From IMG/VR virus record IMGVR_UViG_3300000301_000027: a DNA stretch of 64,000 bases; one strand, written 5' to 3'. Source of the DNA: an uncultured virus (IMG/VR IMGVR_UViG_3300000301_000027) (taxonomy: Duplodnaviria > Heunggongvirae > Uroviricota > Caudoviricetes > Crassvirales). Below, in pieces: positions 9,712 through 20,134 of the stretch (position 1 is its first letter; each line of letters opens with the position of its first letter). Both the position numbers and the translations under genes were made by a program. The notes under the pieces were generated by a model. The model had not been told where the DNA came from, did no database searches, and worked only from the letters and a program-made list of their open reading frames with translations.

Positions 9712-10727
9712 GTTGTAGTGAACAAGAATTTAGAGAAACTAAGGCATTATCTTATTCTAAGATAGCATCTTATGATAAAGATGGTCCTATTTCTTTAATA
9801 ACAAAGAAAGATCTTGATGGTAAATCTTACATCATATTTGGTAAATTAGTAGATGATATGTTATTATCTCCTCAAAATTTATACAAATATAAAATTAATA
9901 ATTATAATGGAGAATTACCTTCTGGTAGTATTTCTGAAATTATTAATAAATGTGTAGATTTTATCAATAAAACAGGAGAACAGTTAACAGATGAGATTAT
10001 ACTGGAATTCTTTGCACAAAAAGATTTTTATAAAACATGGAAGCCTGCAACTAAGGTAGCAGCTGTATGGAAATATAAAGATTATTTAGATTTTATTTTG
10101 CAGAATAAAGATTCTATTTTAATAACTCCATTTATGTGGACAACTGCAGAGAAAATTGTAGAAACTATTAAAACTTCTCCAAAAACTCAACAGTGGTTTA
10201 ACTTGTTAGAAGGACAAGAAGGATTTAATCAAGTAGATCTTATTACTGATTATAATGGATCTAAAGTTAAAGGTGCATTTGATAGACTAGTAGTGGATCA
10301 TGTTAATAAAACTTTCCAGATAATAGATTTAAAAACTGGAAGTGTTAAATCAGATGAATTTGTAGATCAATTCTGGAAATTCAGGTATTGGATTCAAGCT
10401 ACTCTATATTATAAAATGCTTGAAGAGATTATAAAAGATGATGGTCAATATCAAGATTATGAAATCTTAGATTTTGTTTTTGTTTATATGCCTTCAACAG
10501 GAGCAACAATTCCTACTGTATTAACTGTAGAAAAAGATAGAATTTCTGCATTTGAAAATGGTTTTTATATAGGAAGATCTGAATATAAACAAAAAGGACT
10601 TAAACAACTAATAAAGGAAATTGAATGGCATTATGAGTCTCAAATTTTTGATGTTAGTTATGATTTCATAAATAAAGAAGGTTGTTATATAATAAATGAT
10701 AAACAAGTAAGAGGAGAAGATGAATAG
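9693..10727 (+). CDS. PD-(D/E)xK exonuclease (RecE/Exo VIII/Cas4-like)
   Basis: LSYSKI, FGKLVD, KGAFDRL, IIDLKT, YWIQATLY. ATG at 9693 preferred over the GTG at 9666. Confidence 0.8.
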   Translation: MENFRLSCSEQEFRETKALSYSKIASYDKDGPISLITKKDLDGKSYIIFGKLVDDMLLSPQNLYKYKINNYNGELPSGSISEIINKCVDFINKTGEQLTDEIILEFFAQKDFYKTWKPATKVAAVWKYKDYLDFILQNKDSILITPFMWTTAEKIVETIKTSPKTQQWFNLLEGQEGFNQVDLITDYNGSKVKGAFDRLVVDHVNKTFQIIDLKTGSVKSDEFVDQFWKFRYWIQATLYYKMLEEIIKDDGQYQDYEILDFVFVYMPSTGATIPTVLTVEKDRISAFENGFYIGRSEYKQKGLKQLIKEIEWHYESQIFDVSYDFINKEGCYIINDKQVRGEDE

Positions 10728-11250
10728 TGCAGCTAGAAAATTATTATTACCATTATTAGCAACAAAAGTAAAAATACAATTTCCAGAATTATTAACTAAA
10801 GTAACATATGTAGGTTCTTATCTACTTTTGCATTATAAGTTTGATTCTAGTAATGCTTTTTTAAAATATGAAGATTATTTAACTAACCATGAATTATTTA
10901 AGAAACATCTTGATAATGGTAATGGTGTGATTTATTCTTTTGATATGCCTAGAGAATTTATTAGAGAAATTAATCTATTTCATAAAGATAGAATAGAAGA
11001 ATTCTCTGATGATGCTAAGAATATTATCTTAAAAGAATATAAACCTAAAAAGGATTTAGATTTTCTTAAATTAAAATATATCTGGACTACAGATGAAAAT
11101 GAAAAAAATAAAATCAGAGCAAGTTTTTATGTAGTACCTTCTGATTTAGACAAAATTAAAATAGATCTTACTGAAGAGAAGTTTAATTATCTTAGAGATA
11201 TGGATCTATCTTTTGATGAAAATATTAGAAAAAAACTAAATTTTAATTGA
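10720..11250 (+). CDS. hypothetical protein
   Basis: 176 aa ORF coupled to both neighbours. Confidence 0.7.
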   Translation: MNSAARKLLLPLLATKVKIQFPELLTKVTYVGSYLLLHYKFDSSNAFLKYEDYLTNHELFKKHLDNGNGVIYSFDMPREFIREINLFHKDRIEEFSDDAKNIILKEYKPKKDLDFLKLKYIWTTDENEKNKIRASFYVVPSDLDKIKIDLTEEKFNYLRDMDLSFDENIRKKLNFN

Positions 11251-11251
11251 T

Positions 11252-13878
11252 ATGAAGAAAACAGCTGAAGAGTGTAGTGTGAAATATTTTGAAGGAGATG
11301 AATTAGCAGCTAAAGTATTTTTATCTAAATATGCAGGTGAAGATGAAAAAACACCTGATAATATGCATCAGAGGTTAGCTTATAATATTGCTCTTATAGA
11401 AAGAAAGTATCAAAAAGAATTAGTAAATAAAAAAATAAATATAGATAAACTTTCTGATCTAGGTAGAAATTATGTAAGAGATCTATGTGAGTCTAATGAT
11501 TATCAAATCAGAGATAAATGGTTTCAATTGTTTAAAAATTTTAAATATATTGTACCAGGAGGATCTATTATGGCATCTCTAGGTAAAGCTAATAATGTCT
11601 CTCTAGCTAATTGTTTTGGTATTGAAGGACCAAAAGATAAGATGGAGAGTATTATGGATAAAGGCAAAGAGATGGCTTATTTATTTATGAGAAGGGGTGG
11701 TGTTGGAACACATCTTGATCATTTAAGACCTAATGGAGCTATGGTAAATAATGCTTCTAAAACAAGTACAGGAGCTCCTAGTTTTATGGAATTATATTCT
11801 ACAGATGTTAAAACTATAGGTCAAAATGGAAGAAGAGGAGCATTAATGTTATGTATGTCAGATATTCATCCAGATATATCTGAATTTGTTACAATAAAAC
11901 AAGATTTAACTAAAGTTACAGGAGCTAATATTTCTGTGAAATTATGTAGAAATTTAGTAACAGCTGCTCAAAAAAATGAAGATTGGTTACTAAAATGGCC
12001 TATTAATTCAAGATTAGGAGAATTTATTAATTGGAATTCTAAAGATTTTGAATATAATAAACTATATTATGCAGGAAAATCTTATTTTAAAAAGGTAAAA
12101 GCAAATGAATTGTTAGATTTAATTATTGATTGTGCTTGGAAAACAGCTGAGCCTGGAATATTACTATGGGATAATATTATTAATTATGATCCTGCTTCTG
12201 TATATCCTAGATTAAAAGCTGTTACAACTAATCCATGTGGAGAGCAACCACTAGGAGATGCTGATTCATGTAGATTATCTCATATTAATCTTTTATCATT
12301 TGTAAAAAATCCTTTTACTAATGAAGCCTCATTTGATTATGAATTATTTAGAAAAATAGCATATGAACATGTAATCTTTCTAGATGATATTATTGATCTA
12401 GAATGTAAAAATATTGAAAATATAATCAATCATTCAGATGCTAAAAGTGAAATAGAACTTTGGAAAAGAGTTCTTGATGCAGCTAGAAAAGGTAGAAGAA
12501 TTGGATGTGGATTCACAGCTTTAGGAGATACTATTGCTGCAATGAATCTATCATTTAAAGATTCTCATTATCTAGTAGAATCTATTATGGAAACTAAGTT
12601 TAAAGCTGAATTAGAAGCTAGTATAGATTTAGCTTATCTTAGAGGAACTTTCTTAGATTATGATTATAATTTAGAATATCCTGAAGATAAACCTAGTAAT
12701 CAATGGTATGAATTCTTGATAAATAATTATCCTAAACTAGTTTCTAGAATGAAAGAACTAGGAAGAAGAAATGTTTCATTAAGCACTGTTGCTCCTGTAG
12801 GATCAGGATCATTATTAACTCAAACTACTAGTGGTATAGAACCAGTATTTAAAACATTGTATGATAGAAGAGTTAAAGTAAATGCTTTTGATGAAAAATA
12901 TGATTTTATAGATCCTAATACTAAAGAGAAATTTAAAGTATTTACAGTTGCTCATAAAGGATTCCAGAAATTCTGTGAAATAACAACTGGAAAGAAGTTT
13001 AATGAACTATCTAAGAGTATGATTAATACTCTCTTTAAATCTTCTCCTTATTATAATAATGAGGCAGCTGATATTTCTTGGCAAACAAGATTAGAAATTC
13101 AAGCTATTGTACAAAAATATACTACCAGTTNNNNNNNNNNNNNNNNNNNNNNNNNNNNNNNNNNNNNNNNNNNNNNNNNNNNNNNNNNNNNNNNNNNNNN
13201 NNNNNNNNNNNNNNNNNNAGCACAACTATTAATTTAGCCTCAGATGTAAGTAAAGATGTTGTAAAACAAATTTATCTCAATGCTTATAAAATGGGACTTA
13301 AAGGAGTTACTGTCTATAGAGATGGTAGTAGAAGTGGTGTTCTAGTATCTACAGATAATAAAACTAAAGATCCTTCAAGAAAGGCACCAAAGAGACCTTC
13401 TGAGCTACTTTCTCATATTCATAATATGAAAGTTCAAGGAAAGAATTATCTTTGTGCATTAGGCTTCTATGAAGGTAAACCATATGAAATATTTGTATGT
13501 CCTACACCAGAAGATATTAAATTACCAGATATTGGTAAAATTGTTAAAATTAAAAAAGGATATTATCAACTACAAGATCAAGAAGGAAAAGTTATTATAG
13601 AGAACTTTGTAGATGTGATGGATGATCAATTAGAAATGATTACTAGAATTCTATCCATATCTATTAGAAGTGATGTTGGTTTTAACTTTTTAATTGATCA
13701 ATTAAAGAAAAGTAAAGGTGAGTTAACAGCTTTTCATAAAGTATTAGCAAGAACAATTGCTAAGTATGTTGATAATAATGCTAAAAGTGGAGAAAATTGT
13801 CCTATGTGTGGAGATAAATTAGTCTTCAATAATGGGTGTCTTTTATGTAAATCTTGTTCATTTTCCAAATGCAGCTAA
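11252..13878 (+). CDS. nrdJ: class II (B12-dependent) ribonucleotide reductase; one gene interrupted by an N gap
   Basis: SLANC, RRGGVG, RRGALM, AEPG, TNPCGEQ, TVAPVGS, SGIEP, then QKYTTS[gap]STTINL, GLKGVTVYRDGSR and a C-terminal CPMC..CKSC ribbon. No small-subunit gene is nearby. Confidence 0.88.
13131..13218. other. assembly gap (88 N) inside RNR
   Basis: Run of N. Confidence 0.99.
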
Positions 13879-13905
13879 ATTTTGTAAAAAAAATTTTACT
13901 TATCA

Positions 13906-13937
13906 TTTGGAACATCCATTATTATTTTGTATCTTTG
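13906..13937 (+). promoter_or_regulatory. Bacteroidota-type primary-sigma promoter (-33 TTTG / -7 TAnnTTTG) for the HNH gene
   Basis: TTTG at 13906-13909, 20 nt spacer, TATCTTTG at 13930-13937. Confidence 0.75.
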
Positions 13938-13962
13938 TATAGATTTTGAAAAAATTAAAACT

Positions 13963-14682
13963 ATGCTAAGAGAAGATACAATTAAAAAATTTGATGAACT
14001 AAATTTAGTTGATTTGTATAATAGTGGAGAAACATTTACTTCATTAAGTAAAAAATATCATATATGGTATGGAACAGCTAAAGAATATTTAATTCAACAT
14101 GGAGTTAAAATTAGAGAAGATAAAAAGAGACCAGAACTTAGAGAAACTCCTCCAGTAGGACAAAAATTTGGACAATGGACTGTCATCTCAGATAAAATTA
14201 AGATAGGACATGATAGAAGTATAAACTGGGAAGTACAATGTGATTGTGGAAGAAAAACATTTAGAACTGCTTCTGCATTAAAAGCAGGATTAACTAAAAG
14301 ATGTAAGTCTTGTGCTAAAAGACCATTTCTTAGAAATGGTACACTTATAAATACTGTAGCTGCAAGTGCTTATAAAAGAGTGATAAATGGATTAAATAAA
14401 AGAAAAAAATTAAAAGGAATGGAATTTAATATTACTCCTGAATTTATTGACAATCTTTTATCTAAAAATCATTATTGTGCATTATCTGGGATAGATTTAT
14501 CTTTTGATGCTTCAAAACAAATGAGTTGTCAAAATTTATCTATAGATAGAATAGATTCTAATAAAGGATATACTATGGATAATATTCAACTAGTAGATAA
14601 AAGAATTAATTTAATGAAAGGAACATTATCTAATGAAGAATTTATTGATCTTTGTAAAAAGGTTGCAGAACATAACAAATAA
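13963..14682 (+). CDS. free-standing HNH/His-Me-finger homing endonuclease-like protein
   Basis: GQKFGQWTV..WEVQCDCG..CKSC N-terminal region; CALSG..SIDRIDSNKGYTMDNIQLV..INLMK. ATG at 13963 is used because the TTG at 13927 lies within the promoter. Confidence 0.8.
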   Translation: MLREDTIKKFDELNLVDLYNSGETFTSLSKKYHIWYGTAKEYLIQHGVKIREDKKRPELRETPPVGQKFGQWTVISDKIKIGHDRSINWEVQCDCGRKTFRTASALKAGLTKRCKSCAKRPFLRNGTLINTVAASAYKRVINGLNKRKKLKGMEFNITPEFIDNLLSKNHYCALSGIDLSFDASKQMSCQNLSIDRIDSNKGYTMDNIQLVDKRINLMKGTLSNEEFIDLCKKVAEHNK

Positions 14683-14694
14683 AAACAGTATAAT

Positions 14695-14946
14695 ATGGAG
14701 AGATTTAATGAAGAAGGAGAGCAAATACTGTCATTTATAGAAGTGGTTTGTCCTAAACCTAGGATGAATATAATAGATGCTACTAGATGTATGCTTAATG
14801 AAGATAGAATTATAGGTAATTATGATTGGCCTGAAGATAAAATTCTATTTCAAAAAGATGGAGAAATTATAGTGATTCCAGGTAATACTACTTGGAATCC
14901 TACTATGAGAGAATTATTGTCTGGTAACTATTATATTATAAAATAA
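14695..14946 (+). CDS. hypothetical protein
   Basis: 83 aa ORF; its stop overlaps the PolA start (TAATG). Confidence 0.65.
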   Translation: MERFNEEGEQILSFIEVVCPKPRMNIIDATRCMLNEDRIIGNYDWPEDKILFQKDGEIIVIPGNTTWNPTMRELLSGNYYIIK

Positions 14947-16973
14947 TGATACATTTTTGTTCTGAGCAGAAAAGAGTTGTTGGAAGTAGTGTTTGGGAAG
15001 AAATAGAAGTTCAGGATATAATATCTTATTTTAAAAATCATAAATTTATTTCCTTAGATACTGAAACTAGTGGACTAGATCCACATTCTTGTGAATTACT
15101 ATCTATTCAATTTGGAGATTTTGATCATCAATTTGTGATTGAGTATTCTCCTAATATATTAGAAAAATTAAAACCATTATTATTAAGAAAAGATGTAGTT
15201 TGGGTACTACAAAATGCAAAATTTGATCTTCAATTTTTCTATAAGCATGATATTATTCTAGAAAATATATTTGACACATATTTAGCTGAAGGTGTATTAT
15301 ATTGTGGATTTGATGATGTTAAATTGCCAAATTATGTTAGAAAATCTTTAGATGTTCTAGTTCTTAAATATTGTGGTGTCTTATTAAATAAATCTATTAG
15401 AGGAACTATTAATAGAGTAGGACTTACTGATAAAGTTATTGAATATGGTGCCAATGATGTTAAATATCTGATCCCTGTAATGACTTCTCAAATGGTTAAA
15501 ATTAAAGAAGATGGTTTATGGGGTGCTGTTAAATTAGATAATAAATTTGTTAAGGTATTAGCATATATTGAATATTGTGGTATTTATCTTAACAAAGAAA
15601 AATGGCTAGCTAAAATGGAAGATGATTCCAAGAAGCTATCAGATATGGAATTTGCTCTGAACAAATGGGTATTTGAAAGATTTGGTGATAAATATGTTAA
15701 CAAACAATTAGATCTTTTTAGTGCAGCTAAAAGATGTAGTTTAAATTGGAGTTCTTCTAAACAAATTATTCCTATCTTTAAAGAACTAGGTGTAGATACC
15801 AAAGTCAGAGATAAGAAAACAGGAAAAATGAAAGATTCTATAGAAGCTAAACATATAGTTAAACAAGTTCATGTGTCTCCTCTTATACAAATGTATATTG
15901 ACTATAAGAAAGCACAGAAATTGGTAACTACATATGGACAAAACTTCTTAGAAGCTATTAATCCTAAAACAGGAAGAATTCATGCTACATTTTGGCAAAT
16001 TATGAATACTGGTAGAACTTCTTGTGGTTCTGGAGATAATAAAGATGATGATAATAGTATCAATCTTCAAAATATTCCTTCAGATAAAATAACTAGAGGA
16101 TGTTTTACTAATCAATTTGAGAACACTATCTTAGTAGACTGTGATTACAGTCAACAAGAAGATAGAATGTACACTCAATTATCTAAAGAACCTGCACTTA
16201 TAGATTTTTATAATGATACTACTAGAAAAAGAGATGGTCATAGTTTTACTGCAAAATTATGTTTTCCTAAGGAATTAAAAGATATTCCAGAAGAAGAAGT
16301 AAAACATGTAAGACCTGATCTTAGAAGTAAAGCTAAAGGTGCTAAATTTGCAATTTTATTTGGTGGTGTTGGTGATACTATTGCTAAGAATTTAGGATTA
16401 TCTAAAGAAGAAGGAGATGAAGTCTATGATGCCTATATGAAAGCTTTTCCTAAATTAAAAGAATATTTTGACTATATCAAACCTATTGTTGTCAAAAATG
16501 GATATGTCTATTTTAACAAAGTTACTGGAAGAAGATCATATTATCAAATATTTGATGAATATGAAAGACTTTCTAGAACTATTGATAAACAATGGTGGGA
16601 GAATTATAAACAACATAAATTTCATCAAACAGAAGATTTTTTGACATATTATAAGCCTACTTGTAAAAGATTTTTTAATCTTAGAGGAGATTTAGAAAGA
16701 AGAGCATTAAACTTTCCTTGCCAGGGTAGTGCTTCAGATATGTCTAAATTAGCTGGAGTTTGGTTTTTTGATTGGATTCTAAAAGAAAATTTATTCAACA
16801 AAGTTAAAATAAGTAACTTTGTCCATGATGAATATCTTTTAGAAACTCCTAAAGATATAGCAGATAAATGTGCAAAAGCTTTAAAAGAATGTATGGAAAA
16901 AGCAGGTAGAGTATTTATAGATGTAGTTCCTGTAATTGCAGAACCTGAGATAACAACAGTATGGCAACATTAA
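14946..16973 (+). CDS. polA: DNA polymerase family A with 3'-5' exonuclease
   Basis: LDTETSGLD, QNAKFD, YGANDV; TGRTS, NLQNIP; motif A DYSQQE; motif B RSKAKGAKFAILFG; NFPCQGSASD; motif C VHDE. Confidence 0.95.
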   Translation: MIHFCSEQKRVVGSSVWEEIEVQDIISYFKNHKFISLDTETSGLDPHSCELLSIQFGDFDHQFVIEYSPNILEKLKPLLLRKDVVWVLQNAKFDLQFFYKHDIILENIFDTYLAEGVLYCGFDDVKLPNYVRKSLDVLVLKYCGVLLNKSIRGTINRVGLTDKVIEYGANDVKYLIPVMTSQMVKIKEDGLWGAVKLDNKFVKVLAYIEYCGIYLNKEKWLAKMEDDSKKLSDMEFALNKWVFERFGDKYVNKQLDLFSAAKRCSLNWSSSKQIIPIFKELGVDTKVRDKKTGKMKDSIEAKHIVKQVHVSPLIQMYIDYKKAQKLVTTYGQNFLEAINPKTGRIHATFWQIMNTGRTSCGSGDNKDDDNSINLQNIPSDKITRGCFTNQFENTILVDCDYSQQEDRMYTQLSKEPALIDFYNDTTRKRDGHSFTAKLCFPKELKDIPEEEVKHVRPDLRSKAKGAKFAILFGGVGDTIAKNLGLSKEEGDEVYDAYMKAFPKLKEYFDYIKPIVVKNGYVYFNKVTGRRSYYQIFDEYERLSRTIDKQWWENYKQHKFHQTEDFLTYYKPTCKRFFNLRGDLERRALNFPCQGSASDMSKLAGVWFFDWILKENLFNKVKISNFVHDEYLLETPKDIADKCAKALKECMEKAGRVFIDVVPVIAEPEITTVWQH

Positions 16974-16985
16974 AGAAAATCTAGA

Positions 16986-17126
16986 ATGAGTAATATTGAA
17001 TTTAATGCTATCTTGTCTGATATAATTAATGATATATTAGGAGTAGCTTGGGATTATAATAAAGATGGAGATGCTTTATATACTGAAGATGTTCTTAATA
17101 TAATTAATATGTATAAGAAGAAATGA
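16986..17126 (+). CDS. small hypothetical protein (46 aa), not in the ORF track
   Basis: MSNIEFNAILSDIINDILGVAWDYNKDGDALYTEDVLNIINMYKKK*. Fills the gap after polA, and its TGA overlaps the next ATG (ATGA). Confidence 0.6.
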   Translation: MSNIEFNAILSDIINDILGVAWDYNKDGDALYTEDVLNIINMYKKK

Positions 17127-17662
17127 AACATATAATGATAGATATAGAGACTTTAGGAAAAAGTGAATTTGCTCCTTTAGTCAGTATAGGTGCTATTGAA
17201 TTTAAACCTGAAGATAATAAAGCTTTAGGAAGAGAATTTTATCAAGTAGTAGATTTAGGAGAATCTGTTGTAGGATATGCTATAGATGTAGATACTCTTA
17301 AATGGTGGATGCAACAATCTGATAAAGCTAGAGAAGTTTTTAAAGAACAAGGTCAACCTATGCAGAGTGCTTTAATAATGTTCTCTCAATTTATCAACCA
17401 AATAGCAAAAAATGATGATTTCAGAATTTGGGCTAGAGGTGATTTAGACTTTAAAATATTAGAACATAATTGTAAACTATGTAATGTAAATATTCCTTGG
17501 GAATATAATCAGAAAAGAGATTCTAGAACATTTATAGAAGAATTAATAGATTTCTGTCCATGTTTTCAAGAAGAAAATGATAATGAACATAATGCATTAA
17601 GTGATGCTATATATGAAGCATTAAAAGTAATGCATATCATGTCTTACCTAAGAAAAATTTAA
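17123..17662 (+). CDS. DEDDh 3'-5' exonuclease
   Basis: IMIDIETLG, TLKWW, DFKILE, RDSRT, HNALSDA. Confidence 0.85.
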   Translation: MKHIMIDIETLGKSEFAPLVSIGAIEFKPEDNKALGREFYQVVDLGESVVGYAIDVDTLKWWMQQSDKAREVFKEQGQPMQSALIMFSQFINQIAKNDDFRIWARGDLDFKILEHNCKLCNVNIPWEYNQKRDSRTFIEELIDFCPCFQEENDNEHNALSDAIYEALKVMHIMSYLRKI

Positions 17663-17663
17663 T

Positions 17664-18191
17664 ATGCAAGTTAAGATAAAAAAGTTACATTCAGAAGTAA
17701 ATTTACCTGTATATAAAACTATTGGTGCAGCTTGTGCTGATATTCAAGCTCATTTCAAATATAAACCATTAGATGAAATAATGTGTATTCCTAATAAGGA
17801 ATACACTTATAAAAGAGTCTATGATTATTATGATGAAAAAGAAGAAAAAGTTTGTTTAGAAAAACTAGTATTATGTCCAGGAGATAGAATGCTTATACCT
17901 ACAGGTATTTGTATGGAAATTCCAGAAGGATATGAAATAGTTATTAGGCCTAGATCTGGTTTAGCTTTCAAAGAAAGTCTTCTTGTAGTTACAGGAACTA
18001 TTGATTGTGATTATAGAGGAGAAATTTTTATTAGTGTCTACAATAATAGTAAAAGAGATTTTATTACTATTAATAATTTTGATAGAATTGCACAAGTAAA
18101 ATTTCAAAAAGCTGAACAATGTGAATTTATTGAAGGAGAATTATCTGATACTGAAAGAGGTAATGGTGGATTTGGTCATACTGGAAAATAA
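17664..18191 (+). CDS. dut: dUTPase (trimeric)
   Basis: AACADI, RPRSGLA, GTIDCDYRGE, RIAQ, RGNGGFGHTG. Confidence 0.95.
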   Translation: MQVKIKKLHSEVNLPVYKTIGAACADIQAHFKYKPLDEIMCIPNKEYTYKRVYDYYDEKEEKVCLEKLVLCPGDRMLIPTGICMEIPEGYEIVIRPRSGLAFKESLLVVTGTIDCDYRGEIFISVYNNSKRDFITINNFDRIAQVKFQKAEQCEFIEGELSDTERGNGGFGHTGK

Positions 18192-18631
18192 TGAATAAAA
18201 ATCTTTATATTCAATTAAGAGCAAGACTTTATGATATATACTGGGAATATTTATATTCTAAAATATATGCTTTAATTGAGGAATATGTAGAAGAACATCC
18301 AGATTATTTTCTTGAAATTATAGAACAAAATGAAAAGAATATAGCTTTATTTAAAAAAGCAGAAACTATGTTTCATCCTTATTTTTCAGAAAATAAAATG
18401 GGTGATTTTCTTAAAAGAAGAATAGAAGGTGCACTCAAATCTTATATTGAGAATCTTTATTTTAAAGAATTCCTTACTAATGCAGATACAATAATAAAAG
18501 TTTGTATAAAAGAAGTAAATAAACAAGAAATAGAAATAGGTTTTCTAGAAAAATCTTTTAAAAAATCTATAAAAGCTCTTATAGAAAAAAATATTGAAGA
18601 AATTCAAAAAGAACATGAAGATGGATTATGA
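18191..18631 (+). CDS. hypothetical protein
   Basis: 146 aa ORF coupled to both neighbours. Confidence 0.65.
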   Translation: MNKNLYIQLRARLYDIYWEYLYSKIYALIEEYVEEHPDYFLEIIEQNEKNIALFKKAETMFHPYFSENKMGDFLKRRIEGALKSYIENLYFKEFLTNADTIIKVCIKEVNKQEIEIGFLEKSFKKSIKALIEKNIEEIQKEHEDGL

Positions 18632-19139
18632 AAGAATATTTTTATTTGCAGATCCTCATTTCTATCATAAAAACATAATAGGCTATGAAAATAGACCATT
18701 TAAAGATGTTTATGAAATGAATGATATTATTATTAGTAATTGGAATAAAGTTGTTAAAAAACAAGATAAAGTGTTTTTAGCAGGTGATGTTTCTTTTGCT
18801 AATAAGATGTTAACAGAAGCTATTATAAATCAATTAAATGGAGATATAGTATTAATCTTAGGTAATCATGATTTAGATCATTCCTATTCTTTTTGGAAGA
18901 CTCAATTTAAAGAAGTTTCTAAATATCCTATAATTTTAGATAAGTTTTTTATCATATCTCATCATCCTATGTATCTAGAATCTAATTCTCCATATGCCAA
19001 TATATATGGACATGTACATAGTGATGATAGATATAAAGATTATACTAATAATACTTTTTGTGTAAGTGCAGAAAGAATTAATTATACTCCAATATCTTTA
19101 GCAGAAATAATTACAAAAATGAAAAACTATGAACCCTAG
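18621..19139 (+). CDS. calcineurin-like metallophosphoesterase
   Basis: ADPHFYH, AGDV, GNHD, SHHP, GHVH. Start is ATG at 18615 or 18621. Confidence 0.9.
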   Translation: MDYERIFLFADPHFYHKNIIGYENRPFKDVYEMNDIIISNWNKVVKKQDKVFLAGDVSFANKMLTEAIINQLNGDIVLILGNHDLDHSYSFWKTQFKEVSKYPIILDKFFIISHHPMYLESNSPYANIYGHVHSDDRYKDYTNNTFCVSAERINYTPISLAEIITKMKNYEP

Positions 19140-19395
19140 AAAGTTTGCTTTGACACTTTTAAAAAAGGCAAAAGATTTAAAAAAATTTAATCCAGATCTT
19201 AGAGAAGGTCAAACTATTATAATTCAATTATGTAGAATGAATCAAAAATATTTTTTAGATTTGCCTAATGAATATAATTGTTTTGAAGATGATTCTAAGA
19301 TACCTGCTTTATTAGAATATATATCAACTCTTAAAAAGAAAAAGAATGAAGATAATAGATCAAAGTGTGGAGCTAATAGAAAGAGGAAAAAGTAG
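19129..19395 (+). CDS. hypothetical protein
   Basis: 88 aa ORF; NPDLREGQ resembles a small phage protein motif. Confidence 0.6.
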   Translation: MNPRKFALTLLKKAKDLKKFNPDLREGQTIIIQLCRMNQKYFLDLPNEYNCFEDDSKIPALLEYISTLKKKKNEDNRSKCGANRKRKK

Positions 19396-20134
19396 TCCAT
19401 CTGAATTTGTAGAATTATGTGCTAAGAATTGTTATAAATCTAATTTAACAACTTCTGAAGAACAAAGAATTAATTTTATTACTAGTCTTGTAAGAAGAGG
19501 ACATACCTCTGTATTTGAGCATTGTGGAATTTATCTAAAATATACATATGGTTATGTTAGAACTAGATTCTCATATTTCTTAAAGAATCCATATACAGTA
19601 ATAAAGAAGAAAGATGGAATGTGTTATATCTACACTAATTTAAGAGTTATTGTAGAGAATGATATAGATTTATTTGAAAGAATTATTTTAGATAAACCTA
19701 CTGTTTCTTATTTTGAACCAGAAAAGAATGATCCTAATAGAATAGTTACTTTTAGGATTATTACTGACCATGGTCAAGAAAGAAGCTTCTTAAGACATAG
19801 ATATAATAGTTTTACAATAGAAAGTACTAGATTTATTAATTATCTTAAAAAACTAGGTATTACATTTATTACTTGGCAGGGACAAGATAAAAATGCATGG
19901 ATATATAAATTATCTTGTAAAATCAGTGCTTATCTTTATAAACTATTAATTAAAAGAGGAGAAACTCCTGAAATTGCTAGAACTGTCTTAACTTTAGGAC
20001 ACAAAACAGATATTATTATGAGTGCTCCTATATGTAAATGGAATAATTTCTTTGATTTGAGATTAGATAAATCAGCTCATTTTCAAATTAAAGAGTTAGC
20101 TTTAAAAATGTATGATTTAATACAAAATTTATGA
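19346..20134 (+). CDS. thyX: flavin-dependent thymidylate synthase (divergent)
   Basis: GHTSVFEH, RHRYNSFTIESTRF, PEIARTVL, FFDLRL..AHFQIK. Confidence 0.8.
   Translation: MKIIDQSVELIERGKSSPSEFVELCAKNCYKSNLTTSEEQRINFITSLVRRGHTSVFEHCGIYLKYTYGYVRTRFSYFLKNPYTVIKKKDGMCYIYTNLRVIVENDIDLFERIILDKPTVSYFEPEKNDPNRIVTFRIITDHGQERSFLRHRYNSFTIESTRFINYLKKLGITFITWQGQDKNAWIYKLSCKISAYLYKLLIKRGETPEIARTVLTLGHKTDIIMSAPICKWNNFFDLRLDKSAHFQIKELALKMYDLIQNL

Noticed and set aside
9693..10727. Cas4 as part of a CRISPR system
   Set aside because: It has no Fe-S cysteine cluster and there are no cas genes or array nearby. It is an ordinary phage recombination exonuclease beside a resolvase.
13131..13218. Intron, intein or programmed frameshift in RNR
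   Set aside because: The break is an N gap, and only about two codons of the conserved motif (TTS-xx-STTINL) are missing. The other two gaps are similar in size, so this looks like scaffolding padding. A hidden insertion cannot be excluded without reads.
16961..16990. Frameshifted longer start for the 46 aa ORF (ATGGCAACATTAAAGAAAATCTAG)
   Set aside because: Removing one A would give MATLKKSRMSNIEF, but there is an in-frame ATG at 16986 and no evidence for slippage or a sequencing error.
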